DNA from: Octopus bimaculoides
Lineage: Eukaryota
Assembly: GCF_001194135.2 (NCBI RefSeq)
Contig: NC_068985.1
Coordinates: 31,447,755 to 31,511,754 of the forward strand
Reading direction: 5' to 3'
DNA: 64,000 nucleotides
Made by a program: the position numbers and the translations under genes
The notes under the pieces: model-generated
What the model was told of the DNA's origin: nothing
What the model saw: the letters and a program-made list of their open reading frames with translations, nothing else
Database searches by the model: none
Shown: one piece after another, positions 12,701 through 27,500 of the stretch
Layout of the letters: each line of letters begins with the position of its first letter
Position numbering within the stretch: the stretch's first letter is position 1

Positions 12701-15700
12701 TTACGACTCAAGAAATTTTGGTAATCCAAGTTTGAGGAGATTTATACTTAACCATTGCAATATTCTAGATATACTAATAATTATTTTAATTCTTTATTTA
12801 TTTTATATTTATTCAGAATTTAGTTTGTTGTAGTTAAAAAAAAAATCTAGAATATTGAAAAGCTCACACAATAGTGTTTTAGCGGAATTAATGTTTGGAA
12901 AAAATTTAGATCTATTCAAAAGTTTGTTGTGAGAAAATAAAGATTTTGTAAATCTTTTTTTGCCCTGGATATCACTCAGTTTCCTGTAGGATTTATCTTC
13001 AGACAAATTGCTTTGTGTAATTCTTAAAAGAACAAAGTGTTTATTGAAAGTAATTGCACTGTACTTGACAGATGGCTTGATTTCTNNNNNNNNNNNNNNN
13101 NNNNNNNNNNNNNNNNNNNNNNNNNNNNNNNNNNNNNNNNNNNNNNNNNNNNNNNNNNNNNNNNNNNNNNNNNNNNNNNNNNNNNNNNNNNNNNNNNNNN
13201 NNNNNNNNNNNNNNNNNNNNNNNNNNNNNNNNNNNNNNNNNNNNNNNNNNNNNNNNNNNNNNNNNNNNNNNNNNNNNNNNNNNNNNNNNNNNNNNNNNNN
13301 NNNNNNNNNNNNNNNNNNNNNNNNNNNNNNNNNNNNNNNNNNNNNNNNNNNNNNNNNNNNNNNNNNNNNNNNNNNNNNNNNNNNNNNNNNNNNNNNNNNN
13401 NNNNNNNNNNNNNNNNNNNNNNNNNNNNNNNNNNNNNNNNNNNNNNNNNNNNNNNNNNNNNNNNNNNNNNNNNNNNNNNNNNNNNNNNNNNNNNNNNNNN
13501 NNNNNNNNNNNNNNNNNNNNNNNNNNNNNNNNNNNNNNNNNNNNNNNNNNNNNNNNNNNNNNNNNNNNNNNNNNNNNNNNNNNNNNNNNNNNNNNNNNNN
13601 NNNACCTTAAATGCAATATGAAGAGCAATCTTCAGCTGCACGAAAAAATGTAGAAAAAAGACATATTACAAATGTGGCAACATATTAAAACCAAGTGGGA
13701 GAGAGCAGAGGAAGAATATATAAGTCCATCTTGACATAGCAGGGTCTATAGGTATATATATATATGTAGTTCAATACAGTTTGATTTGGATTCCGTGCTA
13801 CTTCAAGCTTCGAAGCCTCTAACAGAGTATACATACATACACACATCCATACACTCACATATTGCACATGTACACGTGCACACAAGCTCATATACCCACA
13901 TGCCCCATTGACCCTACACCTGAATGCACTGTTGCCACCAGTTTTCTGTCCAACCACATGGCCACGAAACTCCTTTTCCTCATGTAGCTGCTGTCAATTT
14001 CTTAGCAATACTGTGACATCATGTAACCTTCCTTGACCAATTGCAGCCCATCTACTGGTAGCCATCTTGAACTTCCTGTACCTCCCCATTCATTCGGATT
14101 TCCACCGGTTGCAGGAGCGGCTCTGTTAGGGGCTTTGAAACTTGAAGTAGTACAGACTCCAAATTAAACTGTTTTGAACAATACATGTAACTCCAAATAA
14201 ATGTGTTGAGTGCCTTTGTTTGTCCACTCATAGAAAAACATATATATATCTGTATATGTGTGTCTGTTTGTCTTTCTTGCCCACCATTTAACAACCAGTG
14301 TTGATGTGTTTGTGTCCCCATAACTTAGCGGTTCAGCAAAAAGGAAAAAAAAAAAAGAACAGGGGTTGATTCATTTGGCTAAAAAAATTCAAGTTGGTGC
14401 CCCAGCATGATCTCTGTCTAATGACTGAAACAAGTAAAAGATAAAATATAGCATCCAAAGTTATAAAACCTTATACTTTACTACTGAGCCATTACCTAAA
14501 TACTTTTGGGGTTTAAATCTAAAGCAATCTATATAAAATATATTCATTTAGTGTTATTGCAGTAGTATGGGAACCTGAATATATAGAATCATCTTTATCT
14601 CTCTCTTTCCCTCCCTCTCTCTTCATCAATTCCATTATTCTGTCTCTTTCTCTTCCCACCTTTCTCTCCATTCACCATTTTCAACATCAATGCAACTGCT
14701 GATACCTTTGTCACCACCTTTGCCATAACTATCTCCTGTTTACTTCTTACTCTATTTGAGTCATTTCCCTTCCTTATACAAAAGGTAAGTAATATACTAT
14801 TGTAGTAATATATATAAATATATTTAAGAGAATTTACATTTAATCAAAATACTAAACAAGGTTTCCAGCTAATAATGTAATGTTAGTTATGCATTATAAA
14901 GTTATCAGATGACACAGAAATGTTTTTTTTTTTAACTTTAAAAATTTTATTTTTGGCAATACACACTGTGTTTATTATCTATTTTTAACAATTTTTATTT
15001 TATATATCAACCTCACTAATTTAAAAAAATTATATACAGGTTTAACACCCCTGCATACATCTGTCCAAAAGCAGAACATTGAAATGGCCAGGAAACTTTT
15101 AAAAGCTGGGGCTGATCCAGATAGTAAGGTAATCTAAAATGCTTTTCCTTTTCTTTTGTGAATTTTTTGAATTTCCATAACTTTATGCCATTATCTATTA
15201 TAAATTTTAATCTTAATTATTAATTTGAAATGGTTTCTTACTTATTCCTTTCTTGTTTTGATTTTCAAGTATTTTATAATTAGAATCTTATTCTGACAAT
15301 AACTTCTGTCTGCGAAGCAGAAATACTGTTTTCAGCTCCGTTGATTGTTTTTAGTAATGTTTAACTAAAGTTACATGCATTATTTGGCAAATTTTTAACT
15401 TATAATCAACAAGTAGGTTTATTCTGCTTCTATTCAAACTTGACATTGTAAAATAAGCTTTAATTTGTATAGCATTTAGGTTGTACTTGTTAAAATATTT
15501 TTCAAGGATATCAAACCTCTATTTAACATTTTAGTTAAAGCTTGTGGCCTAGTGGTTTTGATTTTGGTCATTAAATTATGGATTTGATCATATGCTGAAA
15601 TATATACTGGGTTGATATGATTGACTACATCCCTTCAACATGTCACCCCAACATCGCTGCAACCCAATGACTTCATTAACTTATTTGAAAGGGTCCTCCC

Positions 15701-18700
15701 CTCAGCTGATCAGATCATTTGAATACAAGCCTGTCAAGTGAAAGTTTGTATTATGTTAGCATTGCTGTACTGTGTTTCTATTAGCTGCAAGGCATAGCAT
15801 CAATACAGAATTCAGTTTTCTTATTTTGTATCTTTTACTTGTTTCAGTCATTGGACTGCTTCCATGCTGGTGCATTGCTTTGCTTTGAAGGATTTAGCCA
15901 AACAAATTGACCCCAGTACTTATTCTTTTAAGTCCGGTACTTATTCTACTGGTGACTTTTATGAAACTGCTAAGTTATGATAATGTAAACAAATCAGCAT
16001 TCATCAAGTGTTTGAGTGGTGGTGGTGGTGGACACACGGACACACACACTCTCTCTCTCTCTCTCTCTCCCTCTCTCTTTAAAAGTTAAAAGCTTCAATG
16101 TACTTTGCTTACTTTCTAGGATGTGTCTAGGAAGCAATTTCATTGTTTAATTAATTTTGCTTCTTTTTCTTCCTTTCTTCTTTTTCTAAAATAAAAAGGA
16201 TTACAAGAGTGGCCGGACACCTTTATTCTTTGCTGTTGAAAACCAAAATCAAGACATTATAAAGTTATTGCTAGAGAATAAAGCTTCCATTGACATCCAA
16301 AATTTTGCTGGTCATACTCCTTTTCTTGTTGCTAATGGTCGTAAATACCAAGAAATTTGTAAGTTATTAGTTGATCAGGGAGCAGATGCTCATGGAATGG
16401 TATTTGATGATTTAGCCTGCAACTACAAGGTATGTTACTTTAATATCTTTTGAACTACAATAATTTTTATTTTGAATTTATTATTATTTTCCTACTGCTT
16501 TTTTTATATGTATCTATTTCTTGTAGCATTTTGCCACAAAATTCATTAAGATTGTTATTATGGTAACTTAATCAATTAATTTCAAAACTGGTAGAGCTTC
16601 CTAAAACTAATCATTCTTGCTACCTGTTACTTCTGCTAGATTAAATTTATCTATTTTTGTTAGAATCAATTGAGATTCTGTGAGTTTGTTCATTTTTCAT
16701 CTAAGTCACACTTGAATATTGTTAATATTTAAAGATAAATGTTGCTTAATACACATCCTGATTTATAAACAATAACAGAAAAAGATGTCTTGTATAAACA
16801 AATAAAAAATGCCTTATATAGACAAAGACCGAGGTATCTTATGTGTGAGATAAAGTGACAATATTAGTTTTTTATGCTATTGTTTGGAAGTAGTGTTTGT
16901 GTAACTTATAGTATATAAATTTAATGAATATTAAGAAATAAAGAATGCATGATAAAGAATATCAGCATATAGAATAATCACGAGTAGATTATTGACATTA
17001 TATCAAGAAATATCTATGTCTATAATGTAATTATAATTTTATTACTTTTGAAATTTGCTGTTCATTTATTCAAATTTTTTTTTCACTGTGTAATAATATT
17101 TTCTATTTATTTTCTATACTTATGTTTAAAATGATTTCATTTTAGAACAACTGAAAGAATAATTTTTCCAAATTAATTATTTCAGACATCAAATGTAAAG
17201 TATCAGTTGAAAAATAAATTAGTCGCCAACCAGTCTAGTTGAAATCATAACTGAAAATTTTATGGCTGTCTTGAGAATGGTTCTTTCAAGGAAAATTTGG
17301 GAAGTTATTGGACCCAGCTTGAAATTTTGGTTAGTGCTTCCTCACCGTTTTCTGAAACAAGCACTGAAGATATGCAGAAGGTTTACAATTTTTGTTATTG
17401 TTTTACTGTTTTAAATAATTAATATCAGTGTTTCATCATGTCATATCTTTGGCATTAGATGGGATAATTTAGATTAAAAAAATTGGTAAAATATTGCCAA
17501 AAATGATTGTAAAGCAGAAACAGAAAATAGAAAATCTGGTTGGAAGTAGGTGAATGAAATCATATGTAAGAGCTTTGGGTTTCATAGAGGAGATAATACA
17601 GATTTGTCATGAATGGAAACCTGTTGCATTGTAGACCTCTCTCTGCAGTCATAGAAAATCAGATGTTAAATCAATAAAGATGACACACTATGCTTTATCA
17701 TGTAGTGGCTAATCGTGATTTAGCATCCAGTAGATGTTTGTTTTCTATACCAGATTGTTTCTCTCCAAAGAGTTGTAGCTTCCTTTTTGTCTTAGACATT
17801 GCTACAGTTATTGATGTTATACATTTTATTGAATGTAGCATTGGTGACAGACATTGAGTAAAGTAAGGGATATCTCTAAAGTGCCTATAAACTTTAGGGA
17901 CTGCAACCTTTATATTTGGTATTCTATTATCAGATGTGTCTTAAGATTGAATGAATTGTTCAGCATTTGAGGTGTTGTCTATGCCTCTTCAAAGCAGAAA
18001 TATACTACTAAGAAACAAATCTCATAGATATCAATCCTTTCATAGGTTTGTGTCATCGTGTTTTTTTAAAGAACTTTTTATGTAAGTAATACTTTTTAAT
18101 TGATGGAAGTCATTCTTCACATATTATGACCATATCTTTTATCTTCTACTTGTTTCAGTCATTAGACTGTGGCTATGCTGGGCCACATCACCTTGAAGAA
18201 ATTTTAGTCGAACGAATCAACACCAGTACCTTTTTTATTTTTTAAACTTGGTACTAATTCTATTGGTCTCTTTTGCCTAACAGCTAAGTTATGGGGAGGT
18301 AAAGACACCAACACCAGTTATCAAGTGGTGGTGGAGGACAAACACAGGCTTAAAGATAGATAGATAAATACAGTTAGGCTTGATACATATACATGGAGCA
18401 CAAAATAACAGAGTATAAAATAAAGAAAATATATATATATATAAATTATGTAATGTCTTGTCTTGACAGTTGTTTCAGGGGGTCTAGAGTTATGTAATAG
18501 CTATCATTCACTAGCGGTATGTGCATAATGTTATAGATATGCAACCAAAGACAAGTCCAGATGAGGTTATTGCAGTAAGTCTGGCTTCCCTTTTCAAGGG
18601 AAAACTGGAATCATCTGATAGTGCTTACAAATATAAAGGTCCAAAGGGAAGAGAGAGAGTAGATGGAAATAGCGAGATGGAGGAGGTACGTAAGAGGCAA

Positions 18701-19922
18701 GATAAGAAGAACAGCTCCAAAGAAGGCCAGACTTATTGTAATAACTTTGTCTGGAGTTGTCACTGGTTGCATACCTATGACATTATGCATATATCGCTTG
18801 TGAATTCTGGTTATTATATAATTCTGGGCTTGAAACAGCTTTCAAGATAAGACTTGACATAATTTTTCATTATGTATATTTTCTTTATTTACAATCTGTA
18901 TTTTGTGCTTCATGTAAATATATGTATCAAGCCTGCCCATGATTATCTATCTTATCATCTCCAAAGCAGCTCAAGGTGGATTTCTCTTATAGCCACTTTT
19001 GATGCTGTGTGTCTTACCCTTGATGGACAGAACTAAAGAGAAGTGTTCATCAGAAGAATCCATGAAGAGTTGTGGAAGCTCAGCCACAGAGAATGGTATC
19101 CATACCTGTGAAGATGGTGAAGGACTTGCATGCAACTCTTCCCAGGCTCATTGAAGCAATTATTCATTTTAAGGGAAGCCACATGAAATATTAACAATGT
19201 ACAGTAATTTCTTGAAATGAACATTATGTAATAAGTGTTCATTGTAGGCATTTTTCTGTTTTAAAACAGTTTCTTGATTGGTTTATGTGAGGTGGCCGAA
19301 AACTTTTGCATGGCCATCTTCCCTTCTAATTCAGAATGCCTACTACAAAATATAATGATTAGGTATGGAAATGACTTGATAAGAGCCAATGTTTCTTCTG
19401 TAGAAAACACAATGCGAAACATCCACTTATAAATTGGTAATTAGTAGAAATTTACAATAGTTTAAAGTGGCTGAAAACCATAAAAGTCAGGAGGCACGAG
19501 AGGTGATTTTATATTTATTTAATCATACGACATCTTTAAGATTACTGCTGTTTCGCAACCTTCTACTTGTAGAATTAATTTCAGTGTTGAAGAAATTATG
19601 CTTACATGTTTGCATTAATAATTTTATGGTATATGTAAACCTCTTGAAGTAATTTCATTGATTGAATCTTCTGGATTTTAGTTGCATGGACACTCTACAT
19701 TATATTTCTCAGTATTGGATTAGTAAGTGGACTTTTAACTGAGTCTGCAAATGGGGCTTTCTGTGATAGTCATGCCATTCTCTGAATCCATATCTTATAC
19801 TACTAATTTACACACACACACACACACATATATATACACATATGTATATATCTATGTAAATATTCTTGCATATATACACACACACACACACGCACACACA
19901 TATATATACATACATCATACAT

Positions 19923-19974
<52 letters not shown>

Positions 19975-20214
19975 ATATATACATACATACAGTAATCCCT
20001 TGACTATCGCAGGCGTTATATTCCAAAATCTCTCGCGATAAGTAAAAATATGCAAAGTAGAAACTGTACTGTACTGTATATTTTTAAAAATTATCTTTAT
20101 AATTTGTATATATTTATTTTATTATAGATGCAAAACATCACCACAGAGGAATTGATGTAAGCTTAAATAATAAACCACAATAGGTGAACCATGACATAGT
20201 GAGGGATTACTGTA

Positions 20215-20246
<32 letters not shown>

Positions 20247-21519
20247 CATACATATATTTATATATTTACACACACACACATATACACAATACACACATGC
20301 ACATGTGCACATATATGTATATATGCATTTATGTACATAGTATGTGTTTGTGTGTCTATGTGTTATTTCTTTACTACCCACAAGGGGCTACACACAGAGG
20401 GGACAAACAAGGACAGACAAACGGATTAAGTTGATTATATCGACCCCAGTGCGTAACTGGTACTTATTTAATCAACCCGGAAAGGATGAAAGGCAAAGTC
20501 GACCTCAGCGGAATTTGAACTCAGAACGTAGCGGCAGACAAAATACCGCTAAGTATTTCGCCTGATGTGCTAATGTTTCTGCCAGCTTGCCACCTTGTGT
20601 GTCTGTGTGTGCATACATACACACATGTGCATGTATAGAAAACCGTTATTTTATTCCATATAGGTAGAAATTTAAAAAAAAAAAGTTGAAAATGTACTGG
20701 GATTTGTTTAGATTTTTTACTTAAAAATTTTTTAAGACTTGACCCATTTCACAGATTTCTCTGATTTTTGAAAGTTGAGATAGAAAGATATGGAGTTCTG
20801 CTGCACTGTCTTTCTTCTGATTGGAATTCAAAATTCTCTTGTTTTTATAGAGAGAATATGGCTCGGATTAGTAAATGTTTTGGATGCGATTTGATTGGCT
20901 GAGGATGATCATATGATTAGCTTTAGAAATTTTTGTAAGTTATCCTATCCATTCTTTAATATCATGTAACAATATATTTGGTGCAGTAAGTTAAAGCTGC
21001 CACACTTGAGTGAACAGTTTGGGACTCTCACTAGACATGTATCAGCCTTAATTTGGGACTCTCACTAGACTGTATCAGCCTTAATTTTCAGTGCAAAAAT
21101 ATAGTCACATGATATTAACACATGGATGTAGTGGGGCCTCTGCAAAAATTTCTGAAGTTAATCATGTAATCATCCTCTTCCACAGTTGACAGATTAAATT
21201 CAGACAGCCTTGATTGTTTTGGACTGTCACTAGACATGTTCAGTCAACTGTGATAGCTTGAACTTACTGTGCCAAACATATTGTCACAAAAATTTCTACA
21301 TCTAATCATGTGATCATTTTCAGCCAATCAGATAGTATCCAAAACAGATACTAATTTGAACTATGTCCTCTCTACAAAAACGAGAGAATTTTGAACTCAA
21401 ATCTGAAGCAAGACAGTTGCAGCATCGCTCCACATCTTACTATTTCAACTTTTGAAAATCAGAGAAGTCTGTGAAACCAGTAAAATATGAAAATCTAAAC
21501 AAATCCCAGTCTATTTTTC

Positions 21520-21562
<43 letters not shown>

Positions 21563-24500
21563 GCATGAGCCCATAATTTTTGTATATGTCCTTTACAAAA
21601 CTATTGTTGGATTCCATGTTTAACATGTTACCACCACCATACCATGTAATACATTTGATGGCTACCTGTTTCATAAGTAAACTAATGTTAATATACTTAG
21701 ATCATGTCTTACCAAAAAGGCAATGAGAAATAAATATGTGACATGATAAAGTTGAAATTAATCAATGATCTAACATTATTTTTTCCAGGAAACAACTCTG
21801 CACATGTTTTGGTTTTATTTTGATCTTATCAGCAAAATAGTGATGAATGAATCATTAAGTAAATGTACAAGATTGTATATCTATTTGCATAGTTTAGAAA
21901 ATAAGTGATTCAGAGATACAATTTCATAGAAATGGTGAACAAATATGAATAAGAAGGCAATTACTGGTATATTTCATAAAGTTTTGTGAATGTGTATATT
22001 ATTACCTCCATCTTAGCAAAGGCGGAGATATTGTTTTCAGTCATGTTTGTTTGTTTGTTTGTTTGTTTGTCTGTAGACAAGATATCTCAAGAACCATTAG
22101 ATGGGTTCAGATGAAATTTTCAGGGATGTTTGACCTTGTGACTCGCACGAACTAATTGCATTTTGGGATCGATCTGGTACCAGACAAGGATTCTGGATTA
22201 TTTGTTATATTTACTTTACTTTACATTACAATCTTACGTTAACTTTCAAGTCTTTCTCAATTATCTCCCTTTAGGCTGTAACTATTTTGAATGGTGAATT
22301 TGTTAACTTTGGCTTGTATTAGATAAGGATTAACTATTTATTACTGTTACTAAATTTTCTACAGCCACCTTCACATTCCATGTGTTCTCTGAGTGCTCTT
22401 GTTACTATTACTACTACTACTGCTACTGCTGCTGCTGCTGCTGCTGGCTGGACCAGTAAAAAATTCACAGAAAACAAAAAATGTAAGCATCTGTAAATTG
22501 TGTGCTGGTGCCATGAGAAATGTTTCTATATTGTGAAAGTTACAAAATATAGAAAGAAGTTTAAAACCGATAACTATATAATCCAACCAGAATATCTCAG
22601 TTACGCAAACGTAAACAGAATTACTATTTAGCCTTAAAATACATCAAACATTTTCAAAGAACCTTCTTGGTTTAATGGTACAGAATGTCCCTCTGGTATT
22701 CTTTTATTCTTTTACTTGTTTCAGTCATTTGACTGTGGCCATGCTGGAGCACCACCCTTTAGTGGAAGAAATCGACCCCTGGACTTATTTCATGTAAGCC
22801 TAGTGCTTATTCTATCAGTCTCTTCTGCCGAACAGCTAAGTTATGGGGACGCAAACGCACCAACATCAATTGTCAAGCAATGGTGGAGGGGGGGACAAAC
22901 ACTCACGCACATGACAGGCTTCTTTCAGTTTTTATCTACTAAACTACTGCAACAGTGATCAAAATCAGGATGTGAAACTTATGAAGCCAAGAGTTTACTT
23001 CTCTGACAGGGTACTCACCAAAATTATAAATATTAATATTTTATTATACAGAGTTTGAGGCATTTTATTTGAGACAAATCAAATGGATAACTAAGTAATG
23101 TAAGTTGAGTTAATAATAATAATAATAATAATAACAATGACAAAAACAACAGGAATAGTCCTTTTTACTGTAGACACAAGGCCTGAAATTTTGGGGTAGT
23201 GGGCAACATAATTGCATAGACCTCAGTACTCAACTGGTACTTATTTTATCTACCTTGAAAGGGATAAAAGACAGAATTTGATCCTAGAATGTAAAGACAA
23301 ACACAATACTGCAAAGCATTTTGTCTTGGCAGACTAATTTTATTATTTTTATAATTATATTATGGACCCTGAAAGGATGAAAGGCAAAGTTGAAATCCAC
23401 TGAGATCACCTTTGCCCTTCATCCTTTCAGGGTTGATGAAATAAGTACCAGTTACACACTGGGGTCAATGTAATTGATTTACCCCTCCCCCAAATTTCAG
23501 GCCTTGTGCCTATAGTAGAAAGGATTATTATTATTATTATAAACAATAATAATAATAATCATAATAATAATAATAATAATAATGATGATAATAATAATAA
23601 TAATAATAATGGTTTCAAATTTTGACCTATGGTCAGCTAGTTCAGTGGAGGGAGTGAATCAATTACATTGACCCCGTAAGGATGAAAGACCAAGTTGACC
23701 TTGGTGGAATTTTAACTCAGAATGTAAAGGCAGACGAAATCCCACTAAGCATTTTGGCTAGTGTGCTAATGATTCTGCCGACGCCGATGACCCTTTATAT
23801 TATAGGCACAAGGCCTGAAAGTTTGGAGGAGGGGGTAGTTGATTACATTGACCCCAGTATTCAACTGGTACTTATTTTTCTGACCCCAAAAGAATGAAAG
23901 GCAAAGTTAACTTTGATGGAATTTGAACTCAGAACTTGGAAACAGACGAAATACTGCTAAGCATTTCACCTGGCATGCTAATGATTCTGCCAGCTCGCCA
24001 ATAATAATAATAATGGCTATACAGTCCTATTATTGGACAGTCTTAGAGACACAGTCCTATTACTGAAGATGCTATAGTTATAAGATTGGAACTGAATTCA
24101 TCTTGTTTTAGGACTAATGTGATCTTTGTGAGTTTATTTTTCTTACTTGATGAAAATTTGAGAGAACTGATTATTACACTTAACTTGTGATATCAGTTCT
24201 ATCAAAGCTTCAACAACATTTTGAATAAAATTCGAAAGTAACACTCTACTGTGTAGATAAGAAAACTAACTCACTAAGATCATGTTAATCCCCAAACAAG
24301 TCAGCAGTGATAGTCAAAAGTGCATGCATAGGACACAGGCTAAAACACATGAACAGAGACAAAACAGTGAAAAAGGTAAAGAAAAAGGTTGTATAGCCAC
24401 ATGAGGAATAATGCTGAAATTTTAGGAAGCATGGTATTTCTGAAGGATACAATGTTTTGACAATGAATAACTAATGCAGATAGTTTATTGCGTGTTTCAT

Positions 24501-27500
24501 CAATACTGAGCATGAAAAAATGTTTCCAAAAATCATGGGTGCTGCACTGTTTTCTGTATTTTATAAGCATGTCCACAGATGATAGAGATATTGAATTAAA
24601 AAAGGTGACCAAAGTTATTGTTGGAAAGATGGTGATTAATCTTGTGGGCTTCTACCAAATCAGCTGCTGGATGTTGAAGCTTTAGTGTGTTGAAGGCTAG
24701 AAAAGCAAGATGTTCAAGATATGGTAAGTAACTGATGGAGAGTATTCATGTGATTGCATGTCTCTGAACAGCTTCTGGTAGATTGGTATTCTGGATAAAA
24801 TGGGAGTTGCAGACTGGAAATGCAAACTCTAAATGTGGATGTACCATAGCTATATATAGCTGGTAAGCAGCTAACAATGGTCTTACTGAATGATGCTATG
24901 GTATTTTCTGCTTTCTTTAATGATTTTAAAAATTTGGTGTGTCCAACATAGATCATTGTTGATAATAATGTCTAAGTCATGCTCACCAGCAAACTTAAGG
25001 TTGGTCTTGTGGGGAGAGAGTAGATAAATTTCAGGTTTTCCTCCTAAAATGTGCACTGGTCTACAGTCAGCAATCCGTTGTTGCATTGTGTCCCCCGTCA
25101 TAGGATGAAAGATATATAATGTATAGGATTTATTTTTTTTATATTTTCAAGGTACTGCTTAATGAGGTTTGTATATTTTATGCAGTAACATGCTTGAAAT
25201 TGGTATCTATTTCATTAATATATACAACAGGAGACACTGGATGTCATTGTATATAGTGCAGAATGTTGCTATAGTACCCAAACTACTTCTTTTCAATTGA
25301 TAGCGAAGAACTACAATTAGTTATAAAGCTTAGTCATCACACCCACTACAGAGAGATCCCCATAAGTCATTTGTTTCAAAGTTACTAAATTATGACAGAC
25401 ACAACACAGAATTCTTGCTGGTAGCAACAAAACTTCTAAAATGGATGGAGAAAACTGGTTGGATCAACATTCTACCATTTCTTGGTACAATGGTAGAATG
25501 TTAGTTATATCTACAGAAAATGTGGGTTTGAGTCCTGTGTATAGGCTTTGGCTTTTTTATCCAAGGGTTTTTTAACCTAATATTTACATACTATATTTAT
25601 AGCTTTAGCTAGTTTGAGTTCTATTAAAAACAAATATTTCATATATATATTTAAGTCACAATATATGGATTCAACTAATCCAGTGGTACTCATAAAAAAC
25701 CTCCTTATCTTTGCATATGAAACAATTTGTTGTGATATTTGAATTTTCCAATGGTTAAATAAATTTCATCATACATTTTCTTTTGTCATTTGTAACATAC
25801 ACACACACACGTATGTATGTATATATACATGTACGGCCATATCACCAAATTGTCCACTGGCTTTGTACCTTTGAAGAATTGTGAAACGACAACCCCTTCT
25901 TGAAAAACAGGGTTGGTGACAGGAATGGCATCCAGCTGTAAAATAAAATCTTCAATAACAGTCACCTAACTCAAGCTAGCACGGAAAAAAGTTATAAGAA
26001 TGAAGCAAATATATGTACACATTGTGTGTGTGTCTATATACATACATAAATATGTATGTACACACACACACATACATGCACACAAACACATACAAACAAC
26101 AACACCAACACACACTTGTCATTTCACCTCTCGTACACTCATATGCACATATATACATGCAGGTATACACTGATATGCACATAGCCTCTCATGACCAAGC
26201 ACACATGCACATATGTCCATATACGACTTCACATATGCACATGTATATACACATGCACTCATATGCACATGCAAACATACATAGCCACACCCACCCACTC
26301 ACACTTTTCACCTCATCTCACCTCTTGACTGAATTGAATATCAGCCACCAAGCTGCATGTTGACTCACACCCTTATACATACATCACTCACATAAACACA
26401 GATATTCCCACGCACACACATACACTGGCCATCTTCACATTCTCCTGTCCCAAAAAACCACTTTATCTCTTTTCACTTCTGGGCACTGCAGCAATGTAAC
26501 TACACACATTCTATTGGTGATTTTCCTCCTTTTGGACTTTTCCCTTTCTGATGAAGAGCTATGCTTGAAACATCAAAAGCTCTCTTTTTTTACTGAGTGT
26601 CAAACTAATACATTCCACGTGCACGTCCTCTTGTTTGTTTATTTGCTTTAACTATATACATATATGTGAAGGCAATGAACACAAAAGAAACAACACAGGA
26701 GGGACAATTTCTAGCAAATGTATTAATGTAACACTTAAAAAGAAAAGAAAGGTCCTTGATGTTTTAGACACTAGTCCTTCATCAGAAGAAAGAAAACATA
26801 TAAAAGAAGATGTGTGTGGAAAAGTGGTTCGGTGAATGCTGTTCTTTAAGAGGAGAAATGGTGTGTGCATATACAGGAGGCTATCTGTGTACAGAAATGC
26901 TGTGTGGAAGTGTTTGTGGTGGTATGGGAGTGTGAGAAAGCATGCAAATATATGTTGTAGGGGAAGATGGTATGTAGGTGTAATCGCATATGTGGTGAAT
27001 ATATATGTAGGTATATGCACACATACACTCATATATTAAGTGATTCATCACTTTTTCAGAATAAGACTGAAAACGTGTGAAATTGTCTCCCCTACTATCC
27101 TTGGAAGATATCACTATATTGTTTTTTCTAGCTAACTTTTTTAATATTCCCTGTTTTAAATTTGCTGACATTATCCATTATCATGTTGCTGCATTATCCA
27201 TTTTCTAAAAAATGTATTTGTAATTTCCTTTGCCAATCAATGTATAATCTTGTCTATTTATTGATTTCTTCATCACTATACTTTGCTGAGGAAATCAGAG
27301 TAAGGCCAAAAAGATGCCTAGCATGTTTTTGGAAAATTGTAGTGTAATATTAATCATTGACTTTTTTCTTTCCTGTCACCATATATATTTCTATTTTAAG
27401 CATGTCAGTATTAACTTGCATCTGGGTAATGTCTCCCAATTAATTATTCATTAAACAATTCTAGATATATCATTTTTATGACTGTAGAAGTAAATAACAA

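Noticed and set aside
19335-19436. Exon-like block ttcag|aatgcc...aattg|gtaatt
   Set aside because: The phase-0 reading stops after 6 codons, there is no homology signal, and it sits next to a Tc1 remnant; unsupported.
20851-20934. Exon-like block with a strong acceptor and GTAAGT donor in intron 6
   Set aside because: Stops in all three frames, and it is one arm of a foldback transposon.
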